Under the pieces are notes generated by a model, which saw only the letters and a list, made by a program, of their open reading frames with translations, ran no database searches and was not told the origin of the DNA. Of a stretch of 64,000 nt of DNA, positions 1 through 13,900 are shown in pieces; position 1 is the stretch's first letter, and the number at the start of each line of letters is the position of its first letter. The translations under genes were made by a program, and so were the position numbers. The stretch is taken from assembly GCA_964016885.1 (NCBI GenBank), contig OZ024758.1, positions 682,001 to 746,000 of the forward strand. Reading direction: 5' to 3'. Origin of the DNA: Eledone cirrhosa (Eukaryota).

Positions 1-457
1 AATAGCACAAAATTAAAAAGAAAATTAAATGGAAAATAAACATTACAAAGTAGAGGAAATAGACGCGATATTCTTTTGTTTTTTCAATTATCGTAAAACC
101 GTCTGACTTGTTGAAGTATATCTAACATATGTTCCCAAACTAAGCTAGAGCAATGTCTACTGTTGTAGTGTACTTTCTAGACCCGACACTGAACGCAGAT
201 TGTTAGTAGTGAACGGCACCATTTAATAATAATTTGCAAACGCGTTTTACCTTTATTGTGGTAACATTTAATATCTCCAATCCGTAATATACATATTAAA
301 TTATAAAGTATCTCCATAGAACTGCGAATTCCCGGTTCATAGAACTTTTCTATTTTTAGCCTTTCATTAAGCGAGAGTGTTATGAATGAGTGATACAGGA
401 AATGTACAAGGGGTGAAAACACCAAAAGACACCTCCAAAAGACACCTCCGTATATTA

Positions 458-656
458 TACGAAGGTTGGCTGAATAGTTCATAGACTGACTATGAAGGAT
501 TAATTCTAGAGCTGTGAAATCTTGCATGCGTTAATTTCAACTCTTCTTATTAATAACGCATTGTTTCCTTCCAAGGTCCATGTTGGAAAAAAGACCTTAT
601 TTACTCATTCCATGAGAGTATCTGGTCAGCCTGTGAACTTTTCAGCCGACCCTGGA
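458..656. mobile_element. Tc1/mariner-type MITE (~200 bp)
   Basis: Imperfect terminal inverted repeats TACGAAGGTTGGCTGAATAGTTCATAGACTGAC / GTCAGCCTGTGAACTTTTCAGCCGACCCTGG; interior homologous to 28375-28576 (opposite orientation) and 29552-29647. Confidence 0.7.
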
Positions 657-730
657 ATTGCGTAGGCTAGATAGTATCAGCGATGGAAAGACCAATGGAA
701 ACATTGATACCTTGGTCCGATTTGACGATG
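651..730 (+). mobile_element. 3' fragment of tRNA-derived SINE family B
   Basis: GGAAAGACCAATGGAAACATTG...CTTGGTCCGATTTGACG matches the 3' parts of the copies at 30028 and 41705. Confidence 0.55.
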
Positions 731-1149
731 TCCACCCCACTCGGTAGGCGAATGAGGTCTGAGATCTTGTCGAGCGATCAGAGCAATTGATGTCACCTTA
801 CATCATTGTCGCTGTATTATATTTCGTAAATTTGTGGCAATATATTTGTTTTACAAAAGTTATATTTTCATAATTATATGTCATCACATTTTTCACTATA
901 CGGCGATAAATTGGTAGAAACTTCAGAACTTTCTTTGAGATCACTCGTGGTATTTGTTAGCGCTGAGCATATACGCTCTTAAGATACCACCGAAGTCAAC
1001 TTTCCTTTCATCATTCCGGCGTCGTTCAATCAATGTTCGTTTTAGAATACTAGGTTCCACATAATCGACTATTCCCTTAATCCTTAACTTTAGGGATTCA
1101 TATTACAGTATCGAAGTCATTGACAGTTAAAGTTTTCTAATTCAGAGGC

Positions 1150-1268
1150 AATAATTTTTTCTAGATTTGAAACATGGTGAGCGATTTGAAGGGAAGCGGC
1201 AAATCGATTAAATTGACTCCAGTACGTAATTGTTCCTTTATTTTAACGACCCCGTAAGGAGGAAGGGT
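1150..1268 (-). mobile_element. Degenerate SINE family A fragment
   Basis: TCGATTAAATTGACTCCAGTACG...TTTATTTTAACGACCCCGTAAGGA matches the copies at 26743 and 35176; a more degenerate + strand copy lies at ~985-1075. Confidence 0.55.
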
Positions 1269-1951
1269 AATATAGTGCGTTTTTTAGTTTCCTAAATTTG
1301 GTTGATTTGTTACTAGGCTACAGAAAGGAACCTGCCATATATTTACTATTCTAGAAGTTGTCAGGAGTAAAGATACTTGCTGCCCCTTTGCTATATCGTC
1401 ATGTATTTGTGAGGGCTTATAAACCCTAAATTAATATTAATCAAATCTAAATATGTGCACTTTTATATATTAACCATAGACATTTAGTGCACTACACTAT
1501 TTTTGTATATATCTAATTCCCTTCCTTCCTTCCTTTCAGATTCTACCAAAAAAACATTAATTACCAACGATGTACTTGTATGAAATCATCATCTGCAAAA
1601 AAAAGAAGAGAAACCCCCGAAAATTATAATCTACATTTATTTTGTATGTAAGGAGATAAATCTTGTATTTGGGGCTCTAGAAACTCGGCTACGCTTCAGT
1701 TCAGCTAAAGCGTCACTGTTAATATGCAGAACAAAAGAACTTATGCACAATATTATCTTGTGTCTCCTGCCTTAAGTCTCATGCGGATCATTAATAATTA
1801 TGTCTTTCTATTTCTTTTTTTACAAATATGATGAGTTACTTCAGACGGAAAGCCAAGACAGATTTAATCTTTCTAAATCAAATGTGAAATACTCATACAT
1901 GAACAGAGGCACAAACAGTGTTTCAGTCTACCTCTCATCACCCTCGTTCTT

Positions 1952-1952
1952 T

Positions 1953-2009
<57 letters not shown>
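1952..2009. repeat. (TAC)n microsatellite
   Basis: Direct reading of the sequence. Confidence 0.95.
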
Positions 2010-3848
2010 ACACATATATATATATATGTATAAATATATATATTCATTATTCATATATATATATTCATAAATATATTCATATACCTATGAATATATACAA
2101 GTTTAATTGGGGTAAATATATGAACGTAGATAAATTGTAGATATAACAAAAAATAAACGAATCTTGCATTTCTTTGCGTCATGTAACAAACAATTATTAA
2201 TATTAAAGAATAAAAAACAGAGACAATTTGTCGAAAGAAATTATCTTTAATATGACAACAACAAAAACATCCCCCACCCCACAAACATCAACGGCACTGC
2301 TATAAATACTTCACTTATCATTTTAGAATCATTGTTAGAAGACAAGCTGTTAAAATGAACATGTAGACGAATGTCGATGAGTTGTGAAAAGGAAACACAA
2401 AACATCATCTCTATTTATTGAAAGAGAAATACATGCTGAAAGCTAAAACCTAAAGTCACGAATAATCCTCTCATATAAAAGATAGAAAAATAGGGGTGAA
2501 TAAGTATAAATTGCGGACAGATGTATGTGGGCGGTGGCTCCACCTACTATGATATCTCTCGATGATAGAAGAAGCTTTTGAAGATGAGACGGTTTTAGTG
2601 GGAATCTGTCAGTCACCCTTGCTTGAAGTTTATCTCTGCAACTCTGTATAATACGAATACATATATAATTCCTCAACTCTTTATGTGTACTGTGAATAGT
2701 GTTTGTGTGGAAGTTAGGTTTAGGTTTAACCCTTAAAGTTACAGAAACGCGCGTATTCAACTACATAGAAACATGAAAGTTAATAAAGAGATATACGCAC
2801 AATATCAGCCCTTTCTCTCTCTCTCTCGCTCTCTCTCTCTCTGTACACACACACATATATATATATATAATTGGATACTTAGTAAAATTGAATCTCTGGC
2901 GGTGTGCAAGCAAATTCGGCCTACTATATGAATGAGTTAGCAAAGTACTCGACAAGGTAGGTCCTTAGAGTAATAACATACGTTTAAATAGCTGGACAAA
3001 TTGAACATTGTGGTAGGCAAAATCTAACACACAATATATATATGCCTCCCCAACCCGCAATTGGTCAAACGTGGTGAGTATGACTGCACCCCTGACATGA
3101 CCAAAACCAAAACTTTATTGGATGGTCGTTGACATTCCTGAGTTCTTCCACTCTTTGACGGGTTTTGTTTTTTTTCATCCCGCAGGGTGTCCAGCATTAT
3201 TGAAGATCAGTTCCTCATTCATAGACGGAACAATGCTTACAGAGGTTATTAAATTATATATTTAGGGTCTAGCATACACTTGTAGAACGTAAATCGTCGA
3301 AAGCTTAACCAATTTAAGATGGACACACATGAGTTTGTGTCAAGAAAGGAATGTCGTCCAATAACATAGTAACTCGTCATTTTCTGTCTAGTGACTGTAC
3401 CATAATTATGACTTGATCTGTGCAACCATCAAATTATATCTTAAAATATTAGGTTCATTATTATTGCTATCAGACAGGGTTGAGTATACATTAATATTAT
3501 TGATGTTTAATAGAAGTCGGGCTCTTTGAGAAGTACTGTGTATAAGGTCCACATTAATTTGGGGTAGAAATGTCTGCTATTTCTAGTTGGTGGAGAGAGT
3601 GAGCTGCGGGGTGTACCTGCGTGACTATGGCAGCAGTGGCCATCCTCTGCGATCTCTATTGTTGTTGATAATTTTATCCAATACGTGAAGTGCCAAAAGG
3701 CAAACTCAGCTTCAAAGTTAATTAAAGACGGAATTTCAGTAACTACGGATGTTATATTTCAGAGTGACGGTGTTTGTAGCATGTCGGAGATTTTATTGCA
3801 TGCACACATACACACATGCATATATATATATATATATATAAACATACA

Positions 3849-3935
<87 letters not shown>

Positions 3936-3963
3936 CATATATATATATATATAAAAACATACA

Positions 3964-4008
<45 letters not shown>

Positions 4009-4020
4009 ATGTGTGTGTGC

Positions 4021-4051
<31 letters not shown>

Positions 4052-4282
4052 GTGGATTTTTTTTATTTTGTTTTACTGATGTTTGTCTTTTCTTTTACTG
4101 AATAAAGATAAGCCATTCAGTAATATATTTCTTTCTTTTTTTTTCTTTTCATACTCAATACGCTCCTTAAATCTATAAACCCTTTCCTCCTACTTGTCTC
4201 TTTTATAGTGCGCTAACATATACGTATACACAGATACATACATACACAGACACAGATTAAATCACACACTCACCCTTACTTC

Positions 4283-4344
<62 letters not shown>

Positions 4345-4694
4345 ACGCATATACATAGCATGCCCACAAAGAGATAGAGACTAAGGCAGGCATACACTTG
4401 AGCAAGAAAATCCTTATTTTACTATCTCTTCCGTCTGTCTATGTCTGTCCTTCACTCTTGATGTTAGGCACTAGTATTATCTGATAAACGCCATAGAAGT
4501 GCCGAATGTTACGCCCCGTGCAAGAATGTCAGTCGAGGTTCCGTGACATCCTGTTGATGACATGAAGATGTCTACACACTAAAATCCGTGTTTTACTGTA
4601 CACACACGAACACATACACACAAAGACACACATATATACATATATATATATGTATATATACACACATATATGTATATATATATATATGTGTGTG

Positions 4695-4727
<33 letters not shown>

Positions 4728-4797
4728 ATAGTGTTATATTTATATATGCATATATATATACATACATATATACATACACACACATATATACATTCAT

Positions 4798-4836
<39 letters not shown>

Positions 4837-5269
4837 CACATATATATATATATATACATACATATACATAAGCACATATGTATATCGGTGCTTGTATTGG
4901 TTGTGTGTGTGGCTGTACTTATACGCTCACATTCATGTGTGTGTCTATAATTTATTACAATTTTATTATGATATCCTTTGATGATAGCTTCCATCTTCAA
5001 AGACCCCCCCCCCCCTCATCCCAGAAAACAATAATAACCAAAGGAGACTTCGTCTGTTAACGGGAAAAATCTAATGTAAAAACATTAATTCAAGTAATCA
5101 TAATTGTTTCTACTTTTGGCACAAGGCCAGCAATTATCCCAGTGGAAACCTCTTCATGACAGTATATGAAACTTAGTAGTAATAGTAGTAGTAAGAGATA
5201 CATTATACACATGTATGTATGTATGTATGTATGTATGTATGTATGTATGTATGTATGTATGTATGTATG

Positions 5270-5750
5270 TTTTTAGTCCTGCAGGATGTCCAAAGTCAAA
5301 GGGCAAAGGAGCTCTTAAGAGTCAATGGCCATCCAAAATCACCGGGAGAGATGACCCCTTCGCCTTTGTCTAGGCAGAATTCTAGGAGAAGGAAAACTCT
5401 GATATAACACCTGCAACCCTGATGGTATCCAATGATGTTGACTTGTTCTTCTTTTTGGTAAATATCATCTTGGTTAAGAGAGTGGGACTGGCTTTGTGCA
5501 GTGCCTTTGCTCACTATAAAAGCTTCACGGCACAAGCATTGCTTTATATCTGGAGATCTCTCGTCACATGGTACCATGGGCCCAGCACCATGTGTCAGTA
5601 ATTGTCACAAGTGTAGTGTTTGTACCAGAGTTTTCAAGTCGCTGGCTGGACTAAAAAGTCACACTCGTTCAGCGCATCGGTAGAGGTTCTCCTACATGGA
5701 TATAAAGTAGTGGCCGTACTCGAAAACGAGTTGGCAGCCACCATGTATGA
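5270..5750 (+). mobile_element. RTE-clade LINE-derived fragment inside (TATG)n
   Basis: Encodes a C2H2 motif CSVCTRVFKSLAGLKSHTRSAH of the kind found at RTE ORF C-termini, followed by a short 3' UTR running into (TATG)n; (TATG)n also lies on the left. Confidence 0.45.
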
Positions 5751-6015
5751 TGTATGTATTTATGTATGTATATGTGTATGCATATATGTGTATATGTATG
5801 TATGTGTGTACTTCTGTATGTATGTATATATATGTTTGTATCTATATATGTGTGAGAACGTGATGCTCTTGGGGAGCAGAGTATCAATAATAATGGTTTC
5901 ATTTATTGGCCACAAGGGCCGAGTAGCAATAATAATAAACATTTGGACGTGAGTCTTATGCGATATATGGTTCTTTCTCGCTCTATCTCTCTCTATCTCT
6001 CTTTCTCTCTCCCCC

Positions 6016-6094
<79 letters not shown>

Positions 6095-6112
6095 ATATAT
6101 ATATATATATAT

Positions 6113-6524
6113 TGTAACAAAGGAATATAACAGATAAAATCCATGGGGCTGAATATCAGAGATAAGAGGACGACTGACTGAGATAGAAGCTGCTAAATAG
6201 TCGGTCGTCTCTTGTTTCTGATTTTCAGCCCCATGGATTTTATCTGTTATGTTCCTTTGTCATATTTTGAATACCTGATGATGTCACCGGATTCTGAACT
6301 GGATTCTGAACCCGGTCATTGAAATGATCATATTTTATGATCATGATTTACACCAGAACATGCCTCTTGTTATTTTGTAATAATTAACTCCGTACTCGCA
6401 CCACCAACAACACAAACGAAGACGGGTGAGTTGCATTACGTTGAGTGTTCTCCATAATATTACATCGAGTTGACCATACTGAATGACCAGTTCTATCCAG
6501 TGGTGAACCAACAAACCTAAATAA
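6113..6524 (+). mobile_element. Non-coding PLE-type insert with inverted 5' arm and hammerhead-like motif
   Basis: Arms ~6117-6179 and ~6199-6260 are reverse complements with a few mismatches; (TA)n on both sides; hammerhead-like core downstream. Confidence 0.65.
6268..6337 (+). ncRNA. Minimal type I hammerhead ribozyme-like motif
   Basis: CTGATGA (6275), stem II ACCGG/CCGGT, GAAA (6321), palindromic stem III TGATCA, triplet ATC, stem I GAATA/TATTT with a 1.1-2.1 mismatch. Confidence 0.5.
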
Positions 6525-6884
<360 letters not shown>

Positions 6885-7077
6885 TTGCGTAATATTGCCA
6901 GAATTAATAACAGAACACACTCACTGTTTGGTTGGTTTTCGCTTCTCGCTGTCTTTTATATATATATATCTGCGATCTAACTTACTCGGTCCTCAATGTT
7001 GCCATTGACTGACCGGCGGTCAAAAATAATACAGATACAATATAGACAAACACATATATATATAGTTTACATAAATC

Positions 7078-7105
7078 TTTCGTTGCACATCTGCAACATC
7101 GTCAG
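7078..7105 (-). ncRNA. Hammerhead-like core in PLE-1 3' region (mirror of 10776-10803)
   Basis: CTGACGA-T-GTTGCA-GATG-TGCAAC-GAAA; stems I and III poorly formed. Confidence 0.45.
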
Positions 7106-7376
7106 TGGTGTTATATTCATTGTTCCTCCTGTTGTGTTGTATGTCTACGCCATTTTTTTGTTCAGTCTGTCTATATATTTATTTATTTATTTGCTTGTTT
7201 GTTTATCTTATTTTATTTTGTCTTCTTTGCGCATGCGTTTGCGTGTGTGTATAGTGTTATGTGTGATGTGTGACTAGTGTGGATAGTGTTGTGTCTGCTG
7301 GGTGACTGGTGTGTGTTTATGTGCTTGTGTATGTATTTATTTATCTTATTTTATTTAATTTAATTTACTTATTTAT

Positions 7377-9317
7377 TTATACTTCTCTTAGGTCAGTGTT
7401 GTTTGTTTGGGTGTTGTTGTTGTTCCACTCATTCTTTCTGTTTAGCTTTGGTCTTCTAATTTCTATTTCACTGGCCTCTCTGATTTGCCTATCTGCTGGG
7501 TCATTCCTATGTTTAGATATTATTCTAATTTCTATGTTGTCTATGTTACCGTCATGATGTTGTCTAGCATGTTCGTATAGTACTGACCCGTTTTTTCGTC
7601 CTTTTAGTTCCCCCCAGTGTTGGTCTATCCTTTCACCTATGCTACGAGCTGTCTCACCTATGTATGTTGTTGTCGTGTTTCTGCAAGTACCCTCTGTACA
7701 TCTTATGCTATAGACTACGTTTCTAGTTTTACAGTTTATCCGGGGGTTCACCTTACATATGATACATTTCCTATTGGTACAGTGGGTTTTCTTAAAAGGG
7801 TAGGTTTTGCTGATCAGGGATTTTATGGTGGTTCCTGGCTTTTCTACCACCTTTATTTTTAAGTGGGTCTTTCTCAGGGCCTTTCTACACTGGTTAGCTA
7901 ATTTCCCTCCAGGGGTGGCGTCCACAAACATGACACTCTGATATCTCTGGTTGTCGTACCATGATGTGGCCTTCCCTATCTTATGTCTAGCCCTATCTAA
8001 GCTATTCCATGATTTGCTCCTGTATAGTGGGCAAATTCCTTTCATGTCCAGTTCTATGAGGGTCTTATACTTTTCCATGGCTCCTTCGTATACTCTGACT
8101 CTGTCTCTTTGGTTGTAGCCAGAGAACTGCATGCGGTTGATGAAGTGTTGGATGTGTCCTTCCATTTCTGTTGGGTCGCACATGCTGGACACATTCTTCA
8201 TCACTCGTACCAAATCTGCGATCAGAATATTAAACTTAGCACTACTGGACATTGCTGAGTTTTTGAGTATCAGGTATTTGGAGGCCATGGGTTTAGCATA
8301 GTGTGAGTGGAGAATTTGGGCTCTCTCGTCTATAGTGTTAATCCAGAGTTCTGTGTCTAATACAGGTAGTCTATTGTTAGGGTGTTTGGAAGGGAAGTCT
8401 ATAGTTACAGTTATACTCTGGTGTATGGAATTAGCTATCTGCTGGATGCTTTCCATCGTGCTACGTTCTAAATCAAACTTGTTAGTGCTCTCTAGTGGGG
8501 GTGTTCTTATAACTATATTGATATCGTCTACATAACGAGAGTACATGATGAGGTCTATGGAGCTTTCATTAAGGAGATCTTTAAGTCTCCTTTCCCACCA
8601 TACCATGAAAAGGTTGGCAACATCGCCAGCTATGCTGACGCCGATGGCTGCTCCCTCATTTTGGGTGTAGATTTTCTCATTGAACTTAAATATGTGGCCC
8701 TTTAGGGTAGTTTTGATACTAGCCCCTATTGCATGTGCGACCATTTTTCTTACCTGATCAGTGTTTTGGGGGGTCCGTATAGCTTTGGTCCACCCAATCC
8801 ACCTTCCTATGGGAGTCTTTTTAGCCATTGAGGTTATGGTGGGGGGTCTACCTCTTATAGGTCTACTAGGGCAGAAACATCTAAGGTCATGGCTGTCTAG
8901 GTAGTCAGTGTCGTAGGTAAGTCTAAGTAGGAGGCCCAGTTCGTCTGTGTCGACGTCGCAGAACTCCACCTCACTCTCAATGATCAACTCCACGCATCTT
9001 TTCACAGCAAAATCAATGTTAATGGATGGGTACAGTGACACCACATCCATGCTGCCTATTATGCAGTTGGATAGGCTCCTGTTTTTGTTGCACTCACTGA
9101 TTCTGCTGAGGAGGTCCTCTGTACTTTCACATACATCTGGGGACATCTTGATTATGGGGCGTATAACCATTGAGAGGAAGTAGGAGATCCTGTAGTTGCT
9201 AGCTATATTAGCTCCGCATACAGGTCTTGTTGGTGGTCCTATTGTCGGGTCGTCGACTGTCTTGTGGTCTTTGCGGAGCCCATACAAGGGTGGTATGCCA
9301 TTGTTAGACGCCTGGAA
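7377..9317 (-). CDS. PLE reverse transcriptase / GIY-YIG endonuclease, N-terminally truncated (Neptune/Poseidon-like domain order)
   Basis: RT motifs YGLRKDHK..PTRPV, SMDVVSLYPSI, QNEGAAIGVSIAGDVANLFM, YSRYVDD, LPVLD; Cys linker CTNRKCIIC; GIY-YIG VVYSIRC..YIGETAR..RIDQH..REASEI..LN. The frame stays open up to the inversion junction, so no true start is present. Confidence 0.92.
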   Translation of the reverse strand, partial: FQASNNGIPPLYGLRKDHKTVDDPTIGPPTRPVCGANIASNYRISYFLSMVIRPIIKMSPDVCESTEDLLSRISECNKNRSLSNCIIGSMDVVSLYPSINIDFAVKRCVELIIESEVEFCDVDTDELGLLLRLTYDTDYLDSHDLRCFCPSRPIRGRPPTITSMAKKTPIGRWIGWTKAIRTPQNTDQVRKMVAHAIGASIKTTLKGHIFKFNEKIYTQNEGAAIGVSIAGDVANLFMVWWERRLKDLLNESSIDLIMYSRYVDDINIVIRTPPLESTNKFDLERSTMESIQQIANSIHQSITVTIDFPSKHPNNRLPVLDTELWINTIDERAQILHSHYAKPMASKYLILKNSAMSSSAKFNILIADLVRVMKNVSSMCDPTEMEGHIQHFINRMQFSGYNQRDRVRVYEGAMEKYKTLIELDMKGICPLYRSKSWNSLDRARHKIGKATSWYDNQRYQSVMFVDATPGGKLANQCRKALRKTHLKIKVVEKPGTTIKSLISKTYPFKKTHCTNRKCIICKVNPRINCKTRNVVYSIRCTEGTCRNTTTTYIGETARSIGERIDQHWGELKGRKNGSVLYEHARQHHDGNIDNIEIRIISKHRNDPADRQIREASEIEIRRPKLNRKNEWNNNNTQTNNTDLREV

Positions 9318-9336
9318 GTACTCTCGTTATGTAGAC

Positions 9337-10504
9337 GTACTCTCGTTATGTAGACGATATCAATATAGTTATAAGAACACCCCCACTAGAGAGCACTAAC
9401 AAGTTTGATTTAGAACGTAGCACGATGGAAAGCATCCAGCAGATAGCTAATTCCATACACCAGAGTATAACTGTAACTATAGACTTCCCTTCCAAACACC
9501 CTAACAATAGACTACCTGTATTAGACACAGAACTCTGGATTAACACTATAGACGAGAGAGCCCAAATTCTCCACTCACACTATGCTAAACCCATGGCCTC
9601 CAAATACCTGATACTCAAAAACTCAGCAATGTCCAGTAGTGCTAAGTTTAATATTCTGATCGCAGATTTGGTACGAGTGATGAAGAATGTGTCCAGCATG
9701 TGCGACCCAACAGAAATGGAAGGACACATCCAACACTTCATCAACCGCATGCAGTTCTCTGGCTACAACCAAAGAGACAGAGTCAGAGTATACGAAGGAG
9801 CCATGGAAAAGTATAAGACCCTCATAGAACTGGACATGAAAGGAATTTGCCCACTATACAGGAGCAAATCATGGAATAGCTTAGATAGGGCTAGACATAA
9901 GATAGGGAAGGCCACATCATGGTACGACAACCAGAGATATCAGAGTGTCATGTTTGTGGACGCCACCCCTGGAGGGAAATTAGCTAACCAGTGTAGAAAG
10001 GCCCTGAGAAAGACCCACTTAAAAATAAAGGTGGTAGAAAAGCCAGGAACCACCATAAAATCCCTGATCAGCAAAACCTACCCTTTTAAGAAAACCCACT
10101 GTACCAATAGGAAATGTATCATATGTAAGGTGAACCCCCGGATAAACTGTAAAACTAGAAACGTAGTCTATAGCATAAGATGTACAGAGGGTACTTGCAG
10201 AAACACGACAACAACATACATAGGTGAGACAGCTCGTAGCATAGGTGAAAGGATAGACCAACACTGGGGGGAACTAAAAGGACGAAAAAACGGGTCAGTA
10301 CTATACGAACATGCTAGACAACATCATGACGGTAACATAGACAACATAGAAATTAGAATAATATCTAAACATAGGAATGACCCAGCAGATAGGCAAATCA
10401 GAGAGGCCAGTGAAATAGAAATTAGAAGACCAAAGCTAAACAGAAAGAATGAGTGGAACAACAACAACACCCAAACAAACAACACTGACCTAAGAGAAGT
10501 ATAA
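9337..10504 (+). pseudogene. Inverted duplicate of the 3' half of the PLE-1 ORF (from YSRYVDD through GIY-YIG)
   Basis: The 359-aa ORF at 9425-10504 is identical to the C-terminal part of the 636-aa ORF. Confidence 0.9.
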
Positions 10505-10775
10505 ATAAATAAGTAAATTAAATTAAATAAAATAAGATAAATAAATACATACACAAGCACATAAACACACACCAGTCACCCAGCAGACACAACACTATCC
10601 ACACTAGTCACACATCACACATAACACTATACACACACGCAAACGCATGCGCAAAGAAGACAAAATAAAATAAGATAAACAAACAAGCAAATAAATAAAT
10701 AAATATATAGACAGACTGAACAAAAAAATGGCGTAGACATACAACACAACAGGAGGAACAATGAATATAACACCA

Positions 10776-10803
10776 CTGACGATGTTGCAGATGTGCAACG
10801 AAA
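10776..10803 (+). ncRNA. Hammerhead-like core in PLE-1 3' region
   Basis: CTGACGA, perfect 6-bp stem II (GTTGCA/TGCAAC), then GAAA, at the position expected for PLE hammerheads; stem I weak. Confidence 0.45.
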
Positions 10804-11065
10804 GATTTATGTAAACTATATATATATGTGTTTGTCTATATTGTATCTGTATTATTTTTGACCGCCGGTCAGTCAATGGCAACATTGAGGACCGAGTAAG
10901 TTAGATCGCAGATATATATATATAAAAGACAGCGAGAAGCGAAAACCAACCAAACAGTGAGTGTGTTCTGTTATTAATTCTGGCAATATTACGCAAATAT
11001 GACCCTCCCCAAATATAACAATATCTGTTTCGACACACGATTTCATATAAAAAACCTCGCAAAAC

Positions 11066-12085
<1,020 letters not shown>

Positions 12086-12575
12086 GAGTAGGATGGGGAG
12101 AGAGAGTGATGTGTGCCCGCGAGGTGGAGCCACCATATTTACCTCATTACACCTCATCATCTTCAAAGTAGGTGTATCTCATTTGGTAATGTACATCTAG
12201 ATACGGTGAGGATAAACAAAAATTGAATTGGATGTCATGGTTTAACCACCTTCGATTATATATCTGATCTATCCGTGATGAGGAGGAGATACTCAATAAC
12301 AAATACAAATTGGGTGTGTATCTTCCAGGCTATATTTATTTGTCCAGTCCAATTAATTTGTTTGCACTGCCAGATATCTCACCGTAAAGAGTACGTAAGA
12401 TTATAAGTTTGTAATTTTTATATACATATATATACATACCTATATATACTTATATATATATATATACATACATACATATCTATCTATCTATCTATCTTAT
12501 ATTTTAATCTATATATATGTATATATATGTATATATGTATGGTATGTATATATATGTATATATGTATATATATAA

Positions 12576-12748
<173 letters not shown>

Positions 12749-13017
12749 TATGTGTATATACATATATATATATGGTGTAGGGATATTAATATTTAGTAAT
12801 TTATACATATTAACTTTCTATTAGTTATCTCTACACGTCCTGAAAATGTGTAATTGCCTGGAAAAAGTTCGTGGTTAAACCCTCGCAGATATTAAGATGT
12901 CTGTCATTTTTTTATGCGTTCCATTAAGTTAAATTCAGACGAACCCATTGGCATTTCTATGCCTGTAATTCCTAGGCAAGACATTTATTTAATGTACACA
13001 CCTACACACAAATACGC

Positions 13018-13263
<246 letters not shown>

Positions 13264-13690
13264 GTATGTATGTATGTATGTATATATATAAGTGAATGTG
13301 AGAGTCGCAGGTATATACATTAATAGATGCACCTTTTTACAAATGTACGTAGAATTTTCTCGTCTGGAGAAAATGTCAATGTCAAATGGGAGAGGAATAT
13401 ATAAGCAGGTACACAGGTATGACTGTATACACATTATCACACTGTTACATCCACAGACAGACACACGTACACCAAAAAAGTATATAATGATGCCTAAAGG
13501 CATCCATAAAATATAAAATATAACATTATATAAATATTATATATATACATATATATGTATATATATACATATATAAAATAACTCATTAAGTTAAATATAC
13601 ACACAGACATGGAGGATACACACACATGTGCACAAACCCCTCCTTTATACGCGCGCACACACACACACACACACAATTATTAAAGCAAAA

Positions 13691-13900
13691 GGATAAGCAG
13701 TGTAGTTAGAGATTCGGACAACATACTTTATGACATAGAGTTACGTCCCTTTACGATCTGAGTTAAAATCTTGCCGTGGTTAGGTTTGCCTTTCGTCCTT
13801 ACAGGGTCGAGAAAATAAAGTACCAGTAATACACTGGGGTACATTAATCGACATTCCCCTCCACCCGAATTGTTGGCCTTCTGCTTAAATCAGAAACAAT
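13691..13900 (+). mobile_element. tRNA-derived SINE family A (Meta-domain-like core) with target-site duplication
   Basis: Degenerate pol III boxes; core GCCTTTCGTCCTTACAGGGTCGAGAAAATAAAGTACCAG; flanking direct repeat AATT(A/G)TTAAAGCAAAAG. Confidence 0.75.

Larger units (their letters stand above)
6881..11065. mobile_element. Penelope-like retroelement PLE-1, 5'-truncated, head-to-head inverted structure
   Basis: Arm 6881-8544 mirrors 9337-11000 (coordinate sum 17881; identical ORF translations). Unique spacer 8545-9317 belongs to the - strand copy; the + copy has an extra tail 11001-11065; both ends abut (TA)n. Confidence 0.93.

Noticed and set aside
5501-5683. Host C2H2 zinc-finger gene exon
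   Set aside because: Single finger followed by a stop, short UTR and microsatellite tail; no linker or splice support; fits an RTE 3' end better.
6881-11065. Long inverted repeats as assembly or amplification fold-back artefacts
   Set aside because: Both outer ends stop at (TA)n, the arms are asymmetric with element-specific tails, there is a junction duplication, PLE-2 arms differ by a substitution, and the architecture recurs in unrelated families. Read-level confirmation is still desirable.
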